From Emiliania huxleyi CCMP1516 (Eukaryota), in assembly GCF_000372725.1 (NCBI RefSeq), contig NW_005201851.1, forward strand, positions 29,683 to 93,682: a DNA stretch of 64,000 nucleotides. The letters run 5' to 3'. A program made the position numbers and the translations under genes. The notes under the pieces were generated by a model. It was not told the origin of the DNA and did not search any database. It was given only the letters and a program-made list of their open reading frames with translations. Below, in pieces: positions 33,532 through 45,452 of the stretch (position 1 is its first letter; each line of letters starts with the position of its first letter).

Positions 33532-34916
33532 CAGGTGCGGGAGCTCCACATCTGTCTAGATTCATCGCAGGCGAGCCGCGTGGAGTAGCCCCGCCGCGCC
33601 ACGTTCTGCCGCGCCACGTTCTGCCCGAAGCTGCTGCGCGAAGCTGCATGGGCCGCGAGGAAGGACGCGAAGAAGGGGAGGACGATGTGCAGCAGGTGAA
33701 AGTTGGGCGCGCGCTCGTCGCCCGTGCGGACACGAAGGATCACGTTCACGCATGCCGACGCGCAAGCGCAGTATCCCACTGCGAGTAGCTTGCGGGTCGG
33801 AGGGAGGGCAGAGGGTGGCAGAGCTCCGAAAGCGGCGCCGGTCGCTGTAGCCATCGTGATTACGCAACGCCCAATGCCTGCGAGCTTGTCGAGGTCACGG
33901 GCCATCGCTTCCGGCGAGCGGACAAGGACTCTGACAAGACGCAGAGTCGGGGCGCACACGAGAACCAGGGTCATCGCGCGCGCAAGAAAGCGAGGCGAGG
34001 CATGTGCCAGGTTGGCGAGGGCCAGCAATCCAAAGCCCGCGGCAGCGAGCAGGCCGGAGGGGTTGGTGGTGTCGAGCTCGGCGAGACGAGCGGCGAACAT
34101 CACCGCGAGGGCGAGCGACAGCTGGACCGGCTTGTACTGTGCCACGTCCAGACGCAGTGGGATGCGCATGGCCGGCGGCGAAGGCGGCATGGAGGGCGGC
34201 GGCACGCTTGCCCCCGGAGTCGGGCGCTTCTGCAGCAGCGGCGGTGTCGCGGAGCCAGAGAGAAGCAAATCGTCGAAGGGGCTGCCGCAGTGGGGCGTCG
34301 CCCCTTCTGGGGGTGGCGGCGCCGGGGCGGGAGCGAGCGGCGCCGGCGTGGGAGCGAGTGCGCGCCGCATCTCGTCGATGACCACCTTCATCGGCCACGA
34401 CAGCGCCGCATGCCCTCCCGCCACCGCTCCATCCCCTCCTTCCGCCGCACAGTCACTCGGCAGACGCGGCGGTGCGAGAGGACGCGCCGGCACACCAATC
34501 GCTCTCGCCGCCCACGGGTGCGCGCTCCCCAGCAGCTCCCCGCGCGCGCTCGTGAGCTCCCGGAGGATGGCCACTTTGTGCGCGAGGAGCGCATCCTCTG
34601 CCGCGAGCGGCGGGAGGACGCACTGCGTCAGAGGGTAGCCTGTAGGGAGGCCTGCGAGGAGCGGCTGCGCGGGAAAGGGCTCGCTCGGGCCGCCGCGCTC
34701 AAGGTCCAAGAGCGGCGGCGCTGAGTTGGCCGGCTGGACGGACATGTTCATGCACTTGCGCGAGCGGCAAATCTTCTTTCGGAGGCCCTTCCCACCAAAC
34801 TCGACCTTTTCGAGGCACTCCCTGCAATGGCCACAGTTCTGCTTGAGCAAGCAGGCCGCGCACGCGCGACAGCGCGCCCTGCGATTACTGGTAGTCGAGG
34901 CTGAGCGCTTGACCAT
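33495..34916 (-). CDS. CXXC zinc-finger protein with a C-terminal multi-pass hydrophobic domain
   Basis: RCRACAACLLKQNCGHCRECLEKVEFGGKGLRKKICRSRKC fits the zf-CXXC spacing. A Pro-rich linker leads to about 5-6 hydrophobic segments. The start may be upstream at 35102. Confidence 0.8.
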   Translation of the reverse strand: MVKRSASTTSNRRARCRACAACLLKQNCGHCRECLEKVEFGGKGLRKKICRSRKCMNMSVQPANSAPPLLDLERGGPSEPFPAQPLLAGLPTGYPLTQCVLPPLAAEDALLAHKVAILRELTSARGELLGSAHPWAARAIGVPARPLAPPRLPSDCAAEGGDGAVAGGHAALSWPMKVVIDEMRRALAPTPAPLAPAPAPPPPEGATPHCGSPFDDLLLSGSATPPLLQKRPTPGASVPPPSMPPSPPAMRIPLRLDVAQYKPVQLSLALAVMFAARLAELDTTNPSGLLAAAGFGLLALANLAHASPRFLARAMTLVLVCAPTLRLVRVLVRSPEAMARDLDKLAGIGRCVITMATATGAAFGALPPSALPPTRKLLAVGYCACASACVNVILRVRTGDERAPNFHLLHIVLPFFASFLAAHAASRSSFGQNVARQNVARRGYSTRLACDESRQMWSSRTCSDRDLAVLTAF

Positions 34917-35456
34917 CTCGCCGGCTTCGCCTTCGTGCAGCAAGCGTGCAGTCGGACCCCCGGGGGTACAACTGTATTGAGCGGTTCGTCCGCGTCGCGC
35001 ACTCGTCCTAGACTCGTCCCTGCCTGCGGCGAGGAAATGACTCACACCTAGTGGATCCATCCATGGTGAAATACCACCATTTTCGTACCTCAGATAATTC
35101 ATACTCTCAGCGGCAGAGAGTCTGCTGTGGACAGCTGACAGGGGTCAGGGCGCCTTAGAATTGTTTCGTTGAGAAGACGGTCATCATTTTTTGAAGACGC
35201 TGTGTTGCACTGAGTTGCACTGGGACAGGGTCGATCCGCTTGGTTCGGGGCTTCGGGCCCCCTCGATTGTCCCGCCCTCCCTCGCTGAGGTGTCAGTGTA
35301 CTTCTACTTGGGCCGCCCGCTCACAATTGTGGTTTACATTGTTCATGGACGGTCACTTTGCGCGTCACTGGCGGGGGCGGTGCGTCCCGAGCTGGGCAGC
35401 TAGGTGGACGATCGGTTGCGTCATAACCCACTCCACGGGCACGCTGTCGGCCGGCC

Positions 35457-38400
35457 TCACCCCGTGAACACGTAGCCTCCCGTTTCTGCTGCGTACCACT
35501 CAATGGGCGTCTTGCTCGCCAGCCCGTCCCACGCCGGCCAGCCGCCCCGCCTGTCCAGCGCGCACGCCTCGCAGGCGCAGCCCGCCTCGTGCACGCGCTT
35601 AATCTTGCCCGCGAAGCGAGGCATCCCGCAGTTGTTGAGGCCGGGGTACTCGTAGGTCAGGATGGTGCCTAGAAGAGAAAGCTGCGCATGCGAACAAGAG
35701 GCAACAGTGTGACGGGGTACTCGTAGTCAGGATGGTGCCGGTCGGCAGCCTGCGGCTGTGGGCCGAGATGTCGAAGAGCGAGCCTGTTCGCAGCTGGACG
35801 TGTGTGAAGAGACGCTGTTCACAGCAGCCCCTGGGTTAGCGGCGTCGAAGAGCGAGCCGTATTCGACGGTCGAGACGACGACGCTGTCCTTGCCCGGCAC
35901 CTGGGCTCACCGACAGCAATAACTAAGGTCCCATAGATGTCGCGCACCATGCCTCAGGCATCTGCCCTCGCGCCTGTCCGATCACCTTGCACACGCCCGA
36001 GTAGAACCGCTTCACCTTGAGCAGCCCCTCCTGCCTGCCGGGCCGGAAGCTCGGCCTAAACAAAGAAACACGCGCAGTAAAACAAAACGCCCGCAAGCAG
36101 CAATGGGCCGGCAATCCCAGCCTCGAGTCCCGCAGGATTAGGCCCTCGCCGCCGAGAGCCTCTGCGCGCGTCAGCAGCCTCCCCACCGCCGCCGCGTCCT
36201 CGCACGGCACCGCCGAGACCACCTACACGCGCGCCGCCGCCGGAAAAATCTCGGGCAATCTCCGGCCGACCTCGGGCGATCTCCGAACGATCTCGACCTC
36301 GGGTGATCGGGCGATGTTCGGCTGGTCTCCGGGTGCATCTCCGGGCAATCTCCGACAATCTCGGGGCGATCTCGAGGCGATCTCCAAGGCCCCCGCCTGC
36401 ACGCGCGCCGTCGGGAAGCCGGCAAGCGCGCGCCGCGCCGCATCGAGCCGCTCCAGCAGCCCGCCGGCGGCAGAGGGCGCGTCGAAGACCTTGAAGGCGA
36501 TGCTCTCCCAGTGGCCCCGCATGAAGGCGCCGCACTCGTCCCACCTGTTCACAGCGGAAGGTGTGAAGAGACGCCGTTCACACCATCGGCACGGGTGCCC
36601 ACCCCCCTCGTCTCACCGCCCTCGCCCCGCCCACAGCTCGCCGTCGAGCCGCAAGCCGCACCTGTTCACAGCTGCAGGTGTGAAGAGACGCCGTTCACAG
36701 CTCGCCGTCGAGCCGCAAGCCGCACCCGAGCAGCGCGTCTCGCATCTCCGCGTTGCTGCACTTCCACGTGCGCACGCCGCCCTTGGTGCGGAAGCCGCAC
36801 TCGCCGCCGATGTCTGGCTCCCACATGGCGCGGATGCCGTCGTACTTTTCCATCGCGACGTACCCCTGCAGGTCGATATCCCGCCGCTCCGGCTTCCAGT
36901 ACCCCCTCCACGCATCCTTGGCCGCCTCGGCAAAGACGTCTCCGCCGCCGCGCTCCTGCGGGCCCGCGTTCTTCCACGAGCTCTCCTAGCGACCTCGAGC
37001 AATCTCGAGTAATCTCGGGGGTTCTCGAGTCATCTCGGGCGATCTCGGGTACTCTCGGGTACTCTCGGGTACTCTGGGGTACTCTGGGGTACTCTGGGGG
37101 GACTCTCAGTGAGCACACCTTCGCGTCGGGCACGCGGCGAGGGATGGGGCGCGAGGCTGCGGGCTCGAGCGATGCGGCTGCGACGACGACGCACGAGCCG
37201 CTGTCGAGACGCACCTGTTCACAGCTGCAGGTGTGAAGAGACGCCTTCACACTCACAGAGCCGCTGCCGGCCTCCGCAGCGCCTTGAAGCTGCCGTCGGC
37301 CGCGCCGTCCTCGGCGGCCACGCCCAGCGCGCCCCCCCAGACCGGGTGCGCGTCTGTGGCGACGCGCACGCGCATTCCGCCGAGGAGGGCGTCGCCACCC
37401 ACCACGTCGGCGGCAAAGGGCTGGCAGACGCCCCAGCGAGGAGGACCGGAGGACGTCGCGCCATCCCCGGCGGCGGCGGCGGGTGGGGCAGCCGCAGCTG
37501 CGGCCGACGAGCCTCCTCCTCCTCCACCACCTCCTCCTCCGCCCCCGCCCCCCCTCCTGCCGCCGATGCCGCCGCCGCCGCCGCCGATGCCGCCGCCGCC
37601 CCTCCCTCCTGGCTGGGGCTGGGACCCGCCGGCCGAAGAGGCGGGGGAGTCGGGCTCGCGGGCTAGCGCCATGGCGTCAGGGTGCTGGTGCCTAGGGAAC
37701 AAAGAAAGGCGGTCCGGCACGGCTTCCTTTCAGGCGCCGCCACGCGAGTCGGTGTGGTGGTGCTTGCGCAGCACGTCCGTCCTCGCCCCGTCGGCAGAGA
37801 GGATCTTGGAGCACTGCCCGGCCCACTCCTGCGCGACGAGATGTGGGGAGATGTGGGGAGGTGTGGGGAGATGTGGGGAGATGTGGGGAGATACGGGGAG
37901 ATATGGGACCCCCTCCTGCGTGACGAGCCGCGGCCACTTGTCCTTCGGCAGGGTGGCCAGGAAGACTAGATCCTTAGCGCGGCGGGTCGACTCGAGGGAA
38001 ACGTGCGTCGCCTAATCAGTTGATTATCCCATCTCCAGCTACTTCGGTCAACGGCGGCGGGTCGACTCGAGTGCAGCGTGCGATCGCCTCGTGCACTCCG
38101 CCCACCACCGCCCCGCCGCCGCGCCGCACCACCTCCTCCTGCACCTGCTTGCGCAGCCGCGTCGCCACGAGGAGCCGCACGCCGCGGAAGATGGTCTGCC
38201 TCGTGCGCGGCTCCTCAGAGCACCACTCCGCCTCCTCCGCCTCCGCCTCCGCCTCCGCCTCCGCCTCCGCCTCCGCCCCCCCCACCCCCGCCTCCGCCCC
38301 CGCCCCCGTCCGCTCCCCCGCCCGCGGCTGCGCCCGCCTCTCCGCCCGCCCCGCTGCCGCGGCTGAGTGCGCGGCGGGCGGAGGCGCGGCGATGGCGCAG

Positions 38401-41400
38401 AGCCCTCCCTGCCCCGGCCCACACGCGCGCTCAAAGGCGGCCACATTGCCCGCATCCGACCCCTTCGGCTCGAGGATGGCAAAGGCAACCTGCGCGAACG
38501 CGCCGCGGAACTCGCCCGAGGCGAGCGCCGCGGCGAAGAGGGGCGCCACCTTGTTCACGGCTGGAGGTGAAAAGAGAGATCGCTCACACACCGCGCACCG
38601 CGGCGAAGGGGGGGAGGGGGCGAGGTGTCAGGGAGAGAGTCTAAGGGGTGGCCTACCCGATGGCGGTCCGCCCTCCACCCACCTCCCCGCGCGGAGCCGC
38701 TCCGGGGCGACCCGAGCGCCCTGCGACCAACCCGCGTCCCTACGATCTTTCAACAGCAGAGAGCAGGGCGGCGCCACCTTGTCGGGCGGGTTGCCAAACG
38801 CGCCGCAACCAAAGGCGCCGAGCACGAGGCCATCGCACCTACGTTAGTTGATTACAATCTGAATTGAGACTGCCCCTCAGTTCCTCTCCGAGCTCGAGGC
38901 CGTCCGCTCCTCTGCTCTCTCGCCGCGTGCAGCACGGCCCGCAGCCGCGCGCGCACCGTCGCCTCCCACGCCTCCGAGCCCGCGACCAGACTCGAGCGGC
39001 CTCGCCCGCCGCGGAGGTTTGGCATCGCCGCAGAGACGACGTCGACGAGGAGGGGCGGGTGCCTGCGCGGGAGAGATGGGGAGAGATGGGGAGAGGTGGG
39101 GAGAGGTGGGGAGAGATGGGGAGAGGTGGGGAGATGTGGGGAGGGAGGGGTGGGGGCCGCCTGCGCGGTGCATACGCCGGCATCGGGGCGGGAGGACGGT
39201 CTTGTGCAGAGTCTCCCCAGCACCGCGCGAGTACGAGGGCTGCAAATACAGTGAATACCGCTGAGAGGTGGGGAGCGGGCACAGCAGAGGGCGTGTCCTC
39301 AAGAGCGCGGGCTGGACTACACTGCTTGCTTCTAGATCGGGTGCTCGAGCGCGTACGATCCGGCAGAGCGGCAGAGCAGCGTCTGCGTGTAGAAGGCGAC
39401 ACGCTCCCCCATCGGGTACCGCAGCCGCAGCAGCGACGGGTGCAGCCGCGGCATCAGCCGGCACAAGTCCTCCTCCTACGAACTAGCGGTGAACGAACGG
39501 ATCAACAATGAACCAAGTAGGTTCGGTACCGGCACACGTCCTCCTCCTGCGCGCGCGCGCCCGTCAGGTAGCCTCCGCCGGCGTGGTGCGCCTATGAGAC
39601 CGCGCGACTCGCCACTCCCACTCTCTCTCTCACGAGCCAGCCAGCCTCCGCCCCTCTGTGCGTTCGCAAAGTGCATCTCCGGGCAATCTCCGGCAATCTC
39701 GGGGCGATCTCGAGGCGATCTCGCGTTCGCAAAGTTGAGCGCGGCGACGCGCCCCGAGCCGACCCGCGCAGTCATCAGCCGCAGCGCCGTCGCCGTGTCC
39801 ACGCGAGCCACGCACACTCTCGTCGAGCCGTGCCGCGGCGGGAGCGGCCGCCTGTTCACAGCTCGAGGTGTGAACAGCGCCTCCTCACGGGCCGTCGCAT
39901 CATGCGGCGGCGGCAAGTCCGCCCTGCGCTTGCGGGCGCGGCGATCGCGCGGTTGACGGCGCCTCGCGGCAGCGCCAAGCTGTGCTCCTGGCCGGCGGCG
40001 TCGGTGTACCGCCCCGCCTCGACGAGCCGGCCTGTTCACAGCCTTCTTTTCCTCGGGGGGGGCGTCGCGTGTTTTTTTCCCCAACCGCCTCGACGAGCCG
40101 GCCGTTCTCGGCGGCGATTCGAGCGAGCTGCGCCTTGTCCCGCAACCGTCAACAGACAAGTAACTATTGGCTAAATGCCCTGTTAACCCTCCATGAGGAA
40201 CCCTCCTCAACACTCGTAGCTGCGTCAGCTACTCAGCCACTCACTCTCGCTGCGCCTTGTCCCGCACAGCAGCGCCGCGGACTGCCGCCTCCTCCAGCTC
40301 GCGCCGCAGCACGCCGTCCCACACGAAAGCATGCGCCGCCCTCGCCGACGAAGCCTCGCCCCCGCCACAACCCCCGCCGCAGCCCCCGCCGCAGCCCCCG
40401 CCGCAGCCCCCGCCGCCACCGCCGCCGTCACCCCTGCCGCCACCGCCACCACCGCCGCCGTCGTTAGAGGAGGAGGCGCCGGCGCCGCCGAGGTAGCAGG
40501 CCACCAAAGCGCCGCCGCTGCGGCTCTGAGACGGCGGGGAAACGAGGCCCTAAGAAAACGAAACACAAGAGACTGCTGTGAAGAGGGTCTCCGTGGTGCG
40601 CTGGGGAGCAGGCGCCGTGTCGCGCCTATGAATGAGAAAAGAAACATGCGTGCCAAAGAGTCAAAGTGGTGCGCTGGGGAGCAGGCGCCGTGTCGCGCCT
40701 CCGGGCCGCCGCCGCCGCCGCCGGCCGTAAGGCACGCGACTAAGGCCCTGGCCGCCGCCGACGGTGCCTCCGAGGCAACAGCCGCCGCGGCAGCACCCTC
40801 CGCCTCCGCCGCTTCCCCTGCCGCTTCCTCCGCCGCAGCCGCCAAACGGCTGCCTCCTCCGCTGCTGCCACCTAGCTGCGGCTGTTGCTGTTGCGGCTGC
40901 TGCTGCTGCTGCTGCTGCTGCTGCAACGGCTGCTGCTGCAGTGGTTGCTGCGGCGGCGGCGGCTGCTGCTGCTCTGCCCCGGCCGCCGGCTCGAACCGGT
41001 ACACGAGCAGCCCGCAAGAATGCTCCCGGCCTCTGCTCTCCGCCTACGCACTCGCTCGATCAATGAGAGCGATGGACCGAGCAGCGAGATGCACCCCGCC
41101 CGCTCCTCACCGCCGCCGCCGCCCCCTCCTCCATCCGCCACCACTCGCCTCCTCCTTCCTCGGCGTCCGCGTCCGCGGCGGCGCGCCCCTGCTGCAGCAG
41201 CCGGCGGGCGAGCAGCTTGACGAACCGACTTTTAGGCGGGTGGATGCCTGATGAAATGTTTAATGGTCATTAGACTGTCAACGGCGGCGGGTTGGCTTGG
41301 GCGGGTGGATGCCTGATGAAGTGTTTGATTACTCCTTCATTACGTCAGTCAACGGCGGCGGGTTGGCTTGGGCGGGTGGATGCCTGATGAAGTGTGTAAT

Positions 41401-42527
41401 GGTCCTTAGACTGTCAACGGCGGCGGGTTGGCGTGGGCGGGCGGATGTCTGATGAAGTGTGTAATGGTCAGCAGACTGTCAACGGCGGCGGGTTGGCTTG
41501 GGCGGGCGGATGCCTGATGAAGTGTGTAATGGTCAGCAGACTGTCAACGGCGGCGGGTTGGCTTGGGCGGGCGGACGCCGATGCGGGGCCTGGCGCCACC
41601 GGAGCACCGCTGCACCGCGTCGCCCTTCCGCCACGGAGGCGCCACCGCCCTCGCCGCCGGCCACCTGGTTCATAGATGCGAACGCCTCGGTCCGTCGAGT
41701 TCACCTCACTCGGGGCCACAGCCCTCGCCGCCGCCCCACCACTCCATCAGGTCGACCTCCTGCGGCTCGCCTGTTCACACCCCAGAGCTGTGAAGAGAGG
41801 CTCCCGCTCACCACTCGATCACGCCCACCCGGCACACCCGGCCGCGTGCGCGCTAAAGAGCGTCCTCCGCCGCTCGCCTCGGCGAGCCCCTCCCATGCCT
41901 CCGCCGCGAAGGCGCGAAGTGTCTTTGCGCCGCTGCTGTTGCACATGCCGACGCCCAAGTCCACACACCCCTCCAGCGAGGCGGGCGGCACGCACAGGCC
42001 CGTCTCCTAAGACACGAAACACTCGGACGCGTGCAAGAAGGCGCGGATCTCAGGGCACGGCACACCGACTCCCCGTCTCCTCGGCAAACTCGCGTACAGC
42101 CGCCGCCAGCTCGCTGCCGTCGCTCGCCTGCTGGCCGAGATTGGCCGAGATCAGCGCCCAGATTGGCCGAGATTGGCCAGCTCGCCGCGCCCCCCCTCGC
42201 ATGGATGTGCCCTTCGGCAAATCTCGGCAACTCTCGGCAACTCTCGGCTGCCTCTCGGCGCATCTCGGCGCCTCTCGGCGCATCTCGGCTCATCTCGGCC
42301 TCCTCTCGGCTCATCTCGGCGCAACTCGGCGCATCTCGGCGCATCTCGGCGCAACTCGGCGCATCTCGGCGCATCTCGGCGCATCTCGGCCTCCTCTCGG
42401 CGCCTCTCGGCTCCTCTCGCCTCGAGGTGTCCCTTGGGGAAGCCCCAGAGCCCGCTCTGTGCACCGTACCAGTCGGCATCTCCCCTCCCCGCCGGCACCG
42501 CTGTGCGCACCACGAGCACTTGCAGCC

Positions 42528-42559
<32 letters not shown>

Positions 42560-43292
42560 TGCGTCTGCAGTGGCGGCGGCTGCCGCTGCGGCGGCGGCGG
42601 CGGCTGCGGTGGCGGCGGCTGTGCTGGCGGCGGCGCACGGCTGGCAAGCTGCTGTTTGGGCTCGGCCTCCGCCTCTGCGCCTCCCGCCGGCTCGGCAGCG
42701 GCCGCAGCGCGACCGCCGTCGGCGGGGAGAGGCACCAGCCACGCCTATGAATCATTAAGTGCCGTTTAAAATGAAGACGCCGCCGTCGGTTGTGGAAGAG
42801 AGGTCGTCATGCCATCTTCTTGGCGGCGGCGGCGGCGGAGCCGCCTCCGTGCGTTTCTTGGCCGCTGTCGTCGAAGCGGAGGGTCCAACCGCACCACCCG
42901 CGGACGTGCTCGTCCGCCAGCGCCGCGCGCGCCTCCTCCGCGTTCCGCCAGGACGCAAACAGCAGCGGCGCGTCCGCCGCCTCACCGGGAAGAGAAAACG
43001 GGGCGTTGCCCTGGTCTGGCTCGACACGGACCGCAACGTCGCGCGCTAGTTGGCGGCCGTTGAGGTAGGTCCGATTCGTCGCCGAGAGGTGCGTGGCGTA
43101 GACGGCGCCGGCCGCGTCTCGCTCGAGCCGGATGTGCTGCCTCGAGAGATGCGGATTGCACGGCGCAGTGACATCACCCTCGCGGCCGATGACGACCGTC
43201 GGACTGCAGAGCGGGACGGGAGCTCCGCACAGCGGGTTGTGAGGCACGAGAACACCCCACGGATCGTCCTGCTCGCGATCGCGCTTCGGCAT
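35457..43292 (-). CDS. Multidomain DNA-repair protein: FHA - NUDIX - polyQ - microbial-type PARG (TIGR02452/DUF2263-like macrodomain) - BRCT - ATP-dependent DNA ligase plus OB fold; many introns
   Basis: FHA: VIGRE, LSRQH, SATNRTYLNG. NUDIX: WGFPKGHLE/DGSELAAAVREFAEETG. PARG: ALNFANA..GGGYLTGARAQEEDLCR, VDVVSAAMPNL, LGAFGCGAFGNPP. BRCT: IFRGVRLLV..GGAV..ATHV..LVTQEW. Ligase: MEKYDGIRAMW, LDGELW, FKVFDAP, GEGLILRD, LLKVK, TYEYPGLNNCGMPRF. Confidence 0.8.
41236..41572. repeat. Intronic tandem repeat of about 65 bp, 5 units (2 units in the paralogous copy at 52236-52372)
   Basis: Unit GGATGCCTGATGAAGTGTGTAATGGTCAGCAGACTGTCAACGGCGGCGGGTTGGCTTGGGCGGGC. Confidence 0.9.
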
Positions 43293-43350
43293 TGAGTGCA
43301 CCGGCGCGAGAGCAAAGCGATCACAACCAGCAGCCCAGAAAAAGAATTTT

Positions 43351-44010
43351 AGAAACCCACACTGGGCACGGGACTGGCGCGCACTGGCACTAACACAGGT
43401 ACACCACGGGAGCCGCCTAAGCGACTCCCGCGAGGAAAAAGAATTTTAGAATGACAAACTCCGTCGCACAACACTGTGGGCACGGGACTGGCGCGCACTG
43501 GCACTAACACAGGTACACCACGGGAGCCGCCTAAGCGACTCCCGCGAGGAAAAAGAATTTTAGAATGACAAACTCCGTCGCACAACACTGTGGGCACGGG
43601 ACTGGCGCGCACTGGCACTAACACAGGTACACCACTGGAGCCGCCTAAGCGACTCCTGCGAGAGTGGCGAGGCACTTAGCTCCGTGCACCCGCCCACCCC
43701 CGCCACAGGCAAGCTCATTCACAGCCTGCTCTGCGATTGCCGTGTGAAGAACGACTGAGATACGCTGCTTCTGCAGCCCCAGCCAATTCTTTGTGGTGTC
43801 CAAGTCACCTCATCGAGGTACTGGGCCCGCGTCAGCTTGTTCTGCAGCACGTTCGCCGCCTTCCGGAGGATCTCACGGACCCCCTTTCCGAACCCGCCGA
43901 ACGATTCGAACAGCAACAGCTGCACTTCAACGCCCTTGTCTTCCCTGGCGTAGCGATAGTCCCCGCCGTAGGACGGTATGCGGCGGTCGCCGCCCACCAC
44001 AGGGAGTGCC
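43351..44010 (-). mobile_element. 3' fragment of a CRE-like, RLE-type non-LTR retrotransposon with a triplicated 3' end of about 114 bp
   Basis: GDYRYAREDKGVEVQLLLFESFGGFGKGVREILRKAA...(frameshift) KNWLGLQKQRISVVLHTAIA. The 3' unit is repeated 3 times and each unit ends in TAAAATTCTTTTT. Confidence 0.65.
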
Positions 44011-44016
44011 CCGACT

Positions 44017-44140
44017 AGCAGTGACGGGCGCGGACGAGCGAATGAGAGGTCGCTATCGGAGATGCGTTATTAGAGACTAGGGCTGCCTATCTCGCACTGA
44101 AAGGGACCTCTCATTCGCTCGTCCGCACCCGTCACCGCTC
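44017..44140. mobile_element. Small MITE-like inverted-repeat element
   Basis: GTGACGGGCGCGGACGAGCGAATGAGAGGTC pairs with GACCTCTCATTCGCTCGTCCGCACCCGTCAC. Confidence 0.7.
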
Positions 44141-44663
44141 ACGGAGTGCTCCGCGTGCCGCACGCCACCGGCCGCCGACGGCCGCCGGCCGCTCACGGTA
44201 ACGGAACAGTCTTACTACTCCGCAACGTTGAGCTGGATCATACTGAATATTGCTCCTGAAAGCCCTTTCTCTGGACTCTGCCACACAGTAGTAGCTCACG
44301 ACTAGCAGCTGCTGTGGCTGTATTTGTAGCCATTTTTAGGCTTCAACTGGTCCCAAAATAGTAGCAACTCACCTAATGAAAATCAGTCAAAAATGCCCCC
44401 CAAAATCGGCGCCTGCGACCGTCCCTCGGCGTCGGCCCAAGAAAAGCAATCCACGGCATCCTGCTCCTTTCCCGAGGTTCTCGAGGTGGATATCCTTTGG
44501 CCGCGTTGGGTAGCGAGGATTGGGCCGGGAGCCGGCCGCCGGAGGGAGCCGCACGCAGCCGGGGTGGGGCGCGGCGGCAGCGGTCCGATTTCGCACGTGG
44601 AAGTGGAGAGCGAGAGAGACGCTGTACCCGCCACAAGTCGGCTGGGGACGGCGGCCCACCGAA

Positions 44664-45452
44664 GATTCTGAAAACCAATGGTTTTGCGAATCTATTTTGG
44701 CGCGAAACCGAAAAAGAAAAGACTGATAGCGAAAAGAGAGAAGAGCGAAAAAAGAAAACGTACTGCCAGTCGAAGGCGAGCCGAACAGGCGTGTCCCGTG
44801 TCCGAACCCAAACAAAACAAATCCCACGAAAAACAAATTTCTTTGTTTTTTGTCCGTTTGGGAGTTTTGTCCGTTTGGTGTGCACCAGATCCCCGTTTTT
44901 GTGATTTGGTAATGCTTTGTTCTTCCCGCCCTGCTGCAACCGTCTATTTCTTTTTCGAAAAGAAAAGTCCCGACGGAGGTCCCTCGCCCGATTCTGGGCG
45001 TATAGGGCACGCTCAACCCCACGCGCCATCACCCTCTCCCCGCCCCCCTCGTCTTTCAATTTTTCAACCCCCCCCCCCCCCCCCCCTCCCCTCACCCCAC
45101 GGCGTTTTATTTTTCGCTTCATCCCCCCCGGTTTGGGTCGGTTTGGGGTCATCATGCCGAAATCGGGGGGTGGCAAAACCACTCCCCGATTTGGGGCGAA
45201 TGAAATTGCCCGCCGGCGCCGCCTTTCAGAGCCGCCGTACCCTGGAAGCCCGGCGAAGCCCTGCTGGGGAAGACAAAAGAATTTGCTGATTTACGGTCGG
45301 TTGGAATCAGTCCAGCCCGTTTTATTTATTTATTTATTCAGTCCAGAGAATCTCTTTTTCTCAGTCGCTCTCTCCACTTCCGCCGTCTTTTTCATTTTTC
45401 TTTTCGTTTTCGCGCCAAAATAGATTCTGTTTACCAATTGGTAAACAGAATC
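44664..45452. mobile_element. AT-rich non-coding element bounded by inverted repeats with terminal palindromes
   Basis: Perfect 30-bp palindrome GATTCTGTTTACCAATTGGTAAACAGAATC (45423-45452) and an imperfect counterpart at 44664-44692. The adjacent GAATCTATTTTGGCGCGAAA is inverted at both ends. Confidence 0.55.

Noticed and set aside
41236..41572. CTGATGA in the 65-bp repeat as a hammerhead ribozyme core
   Set aside because: No suitably placed GAAA box or supporting stems were found by eye.
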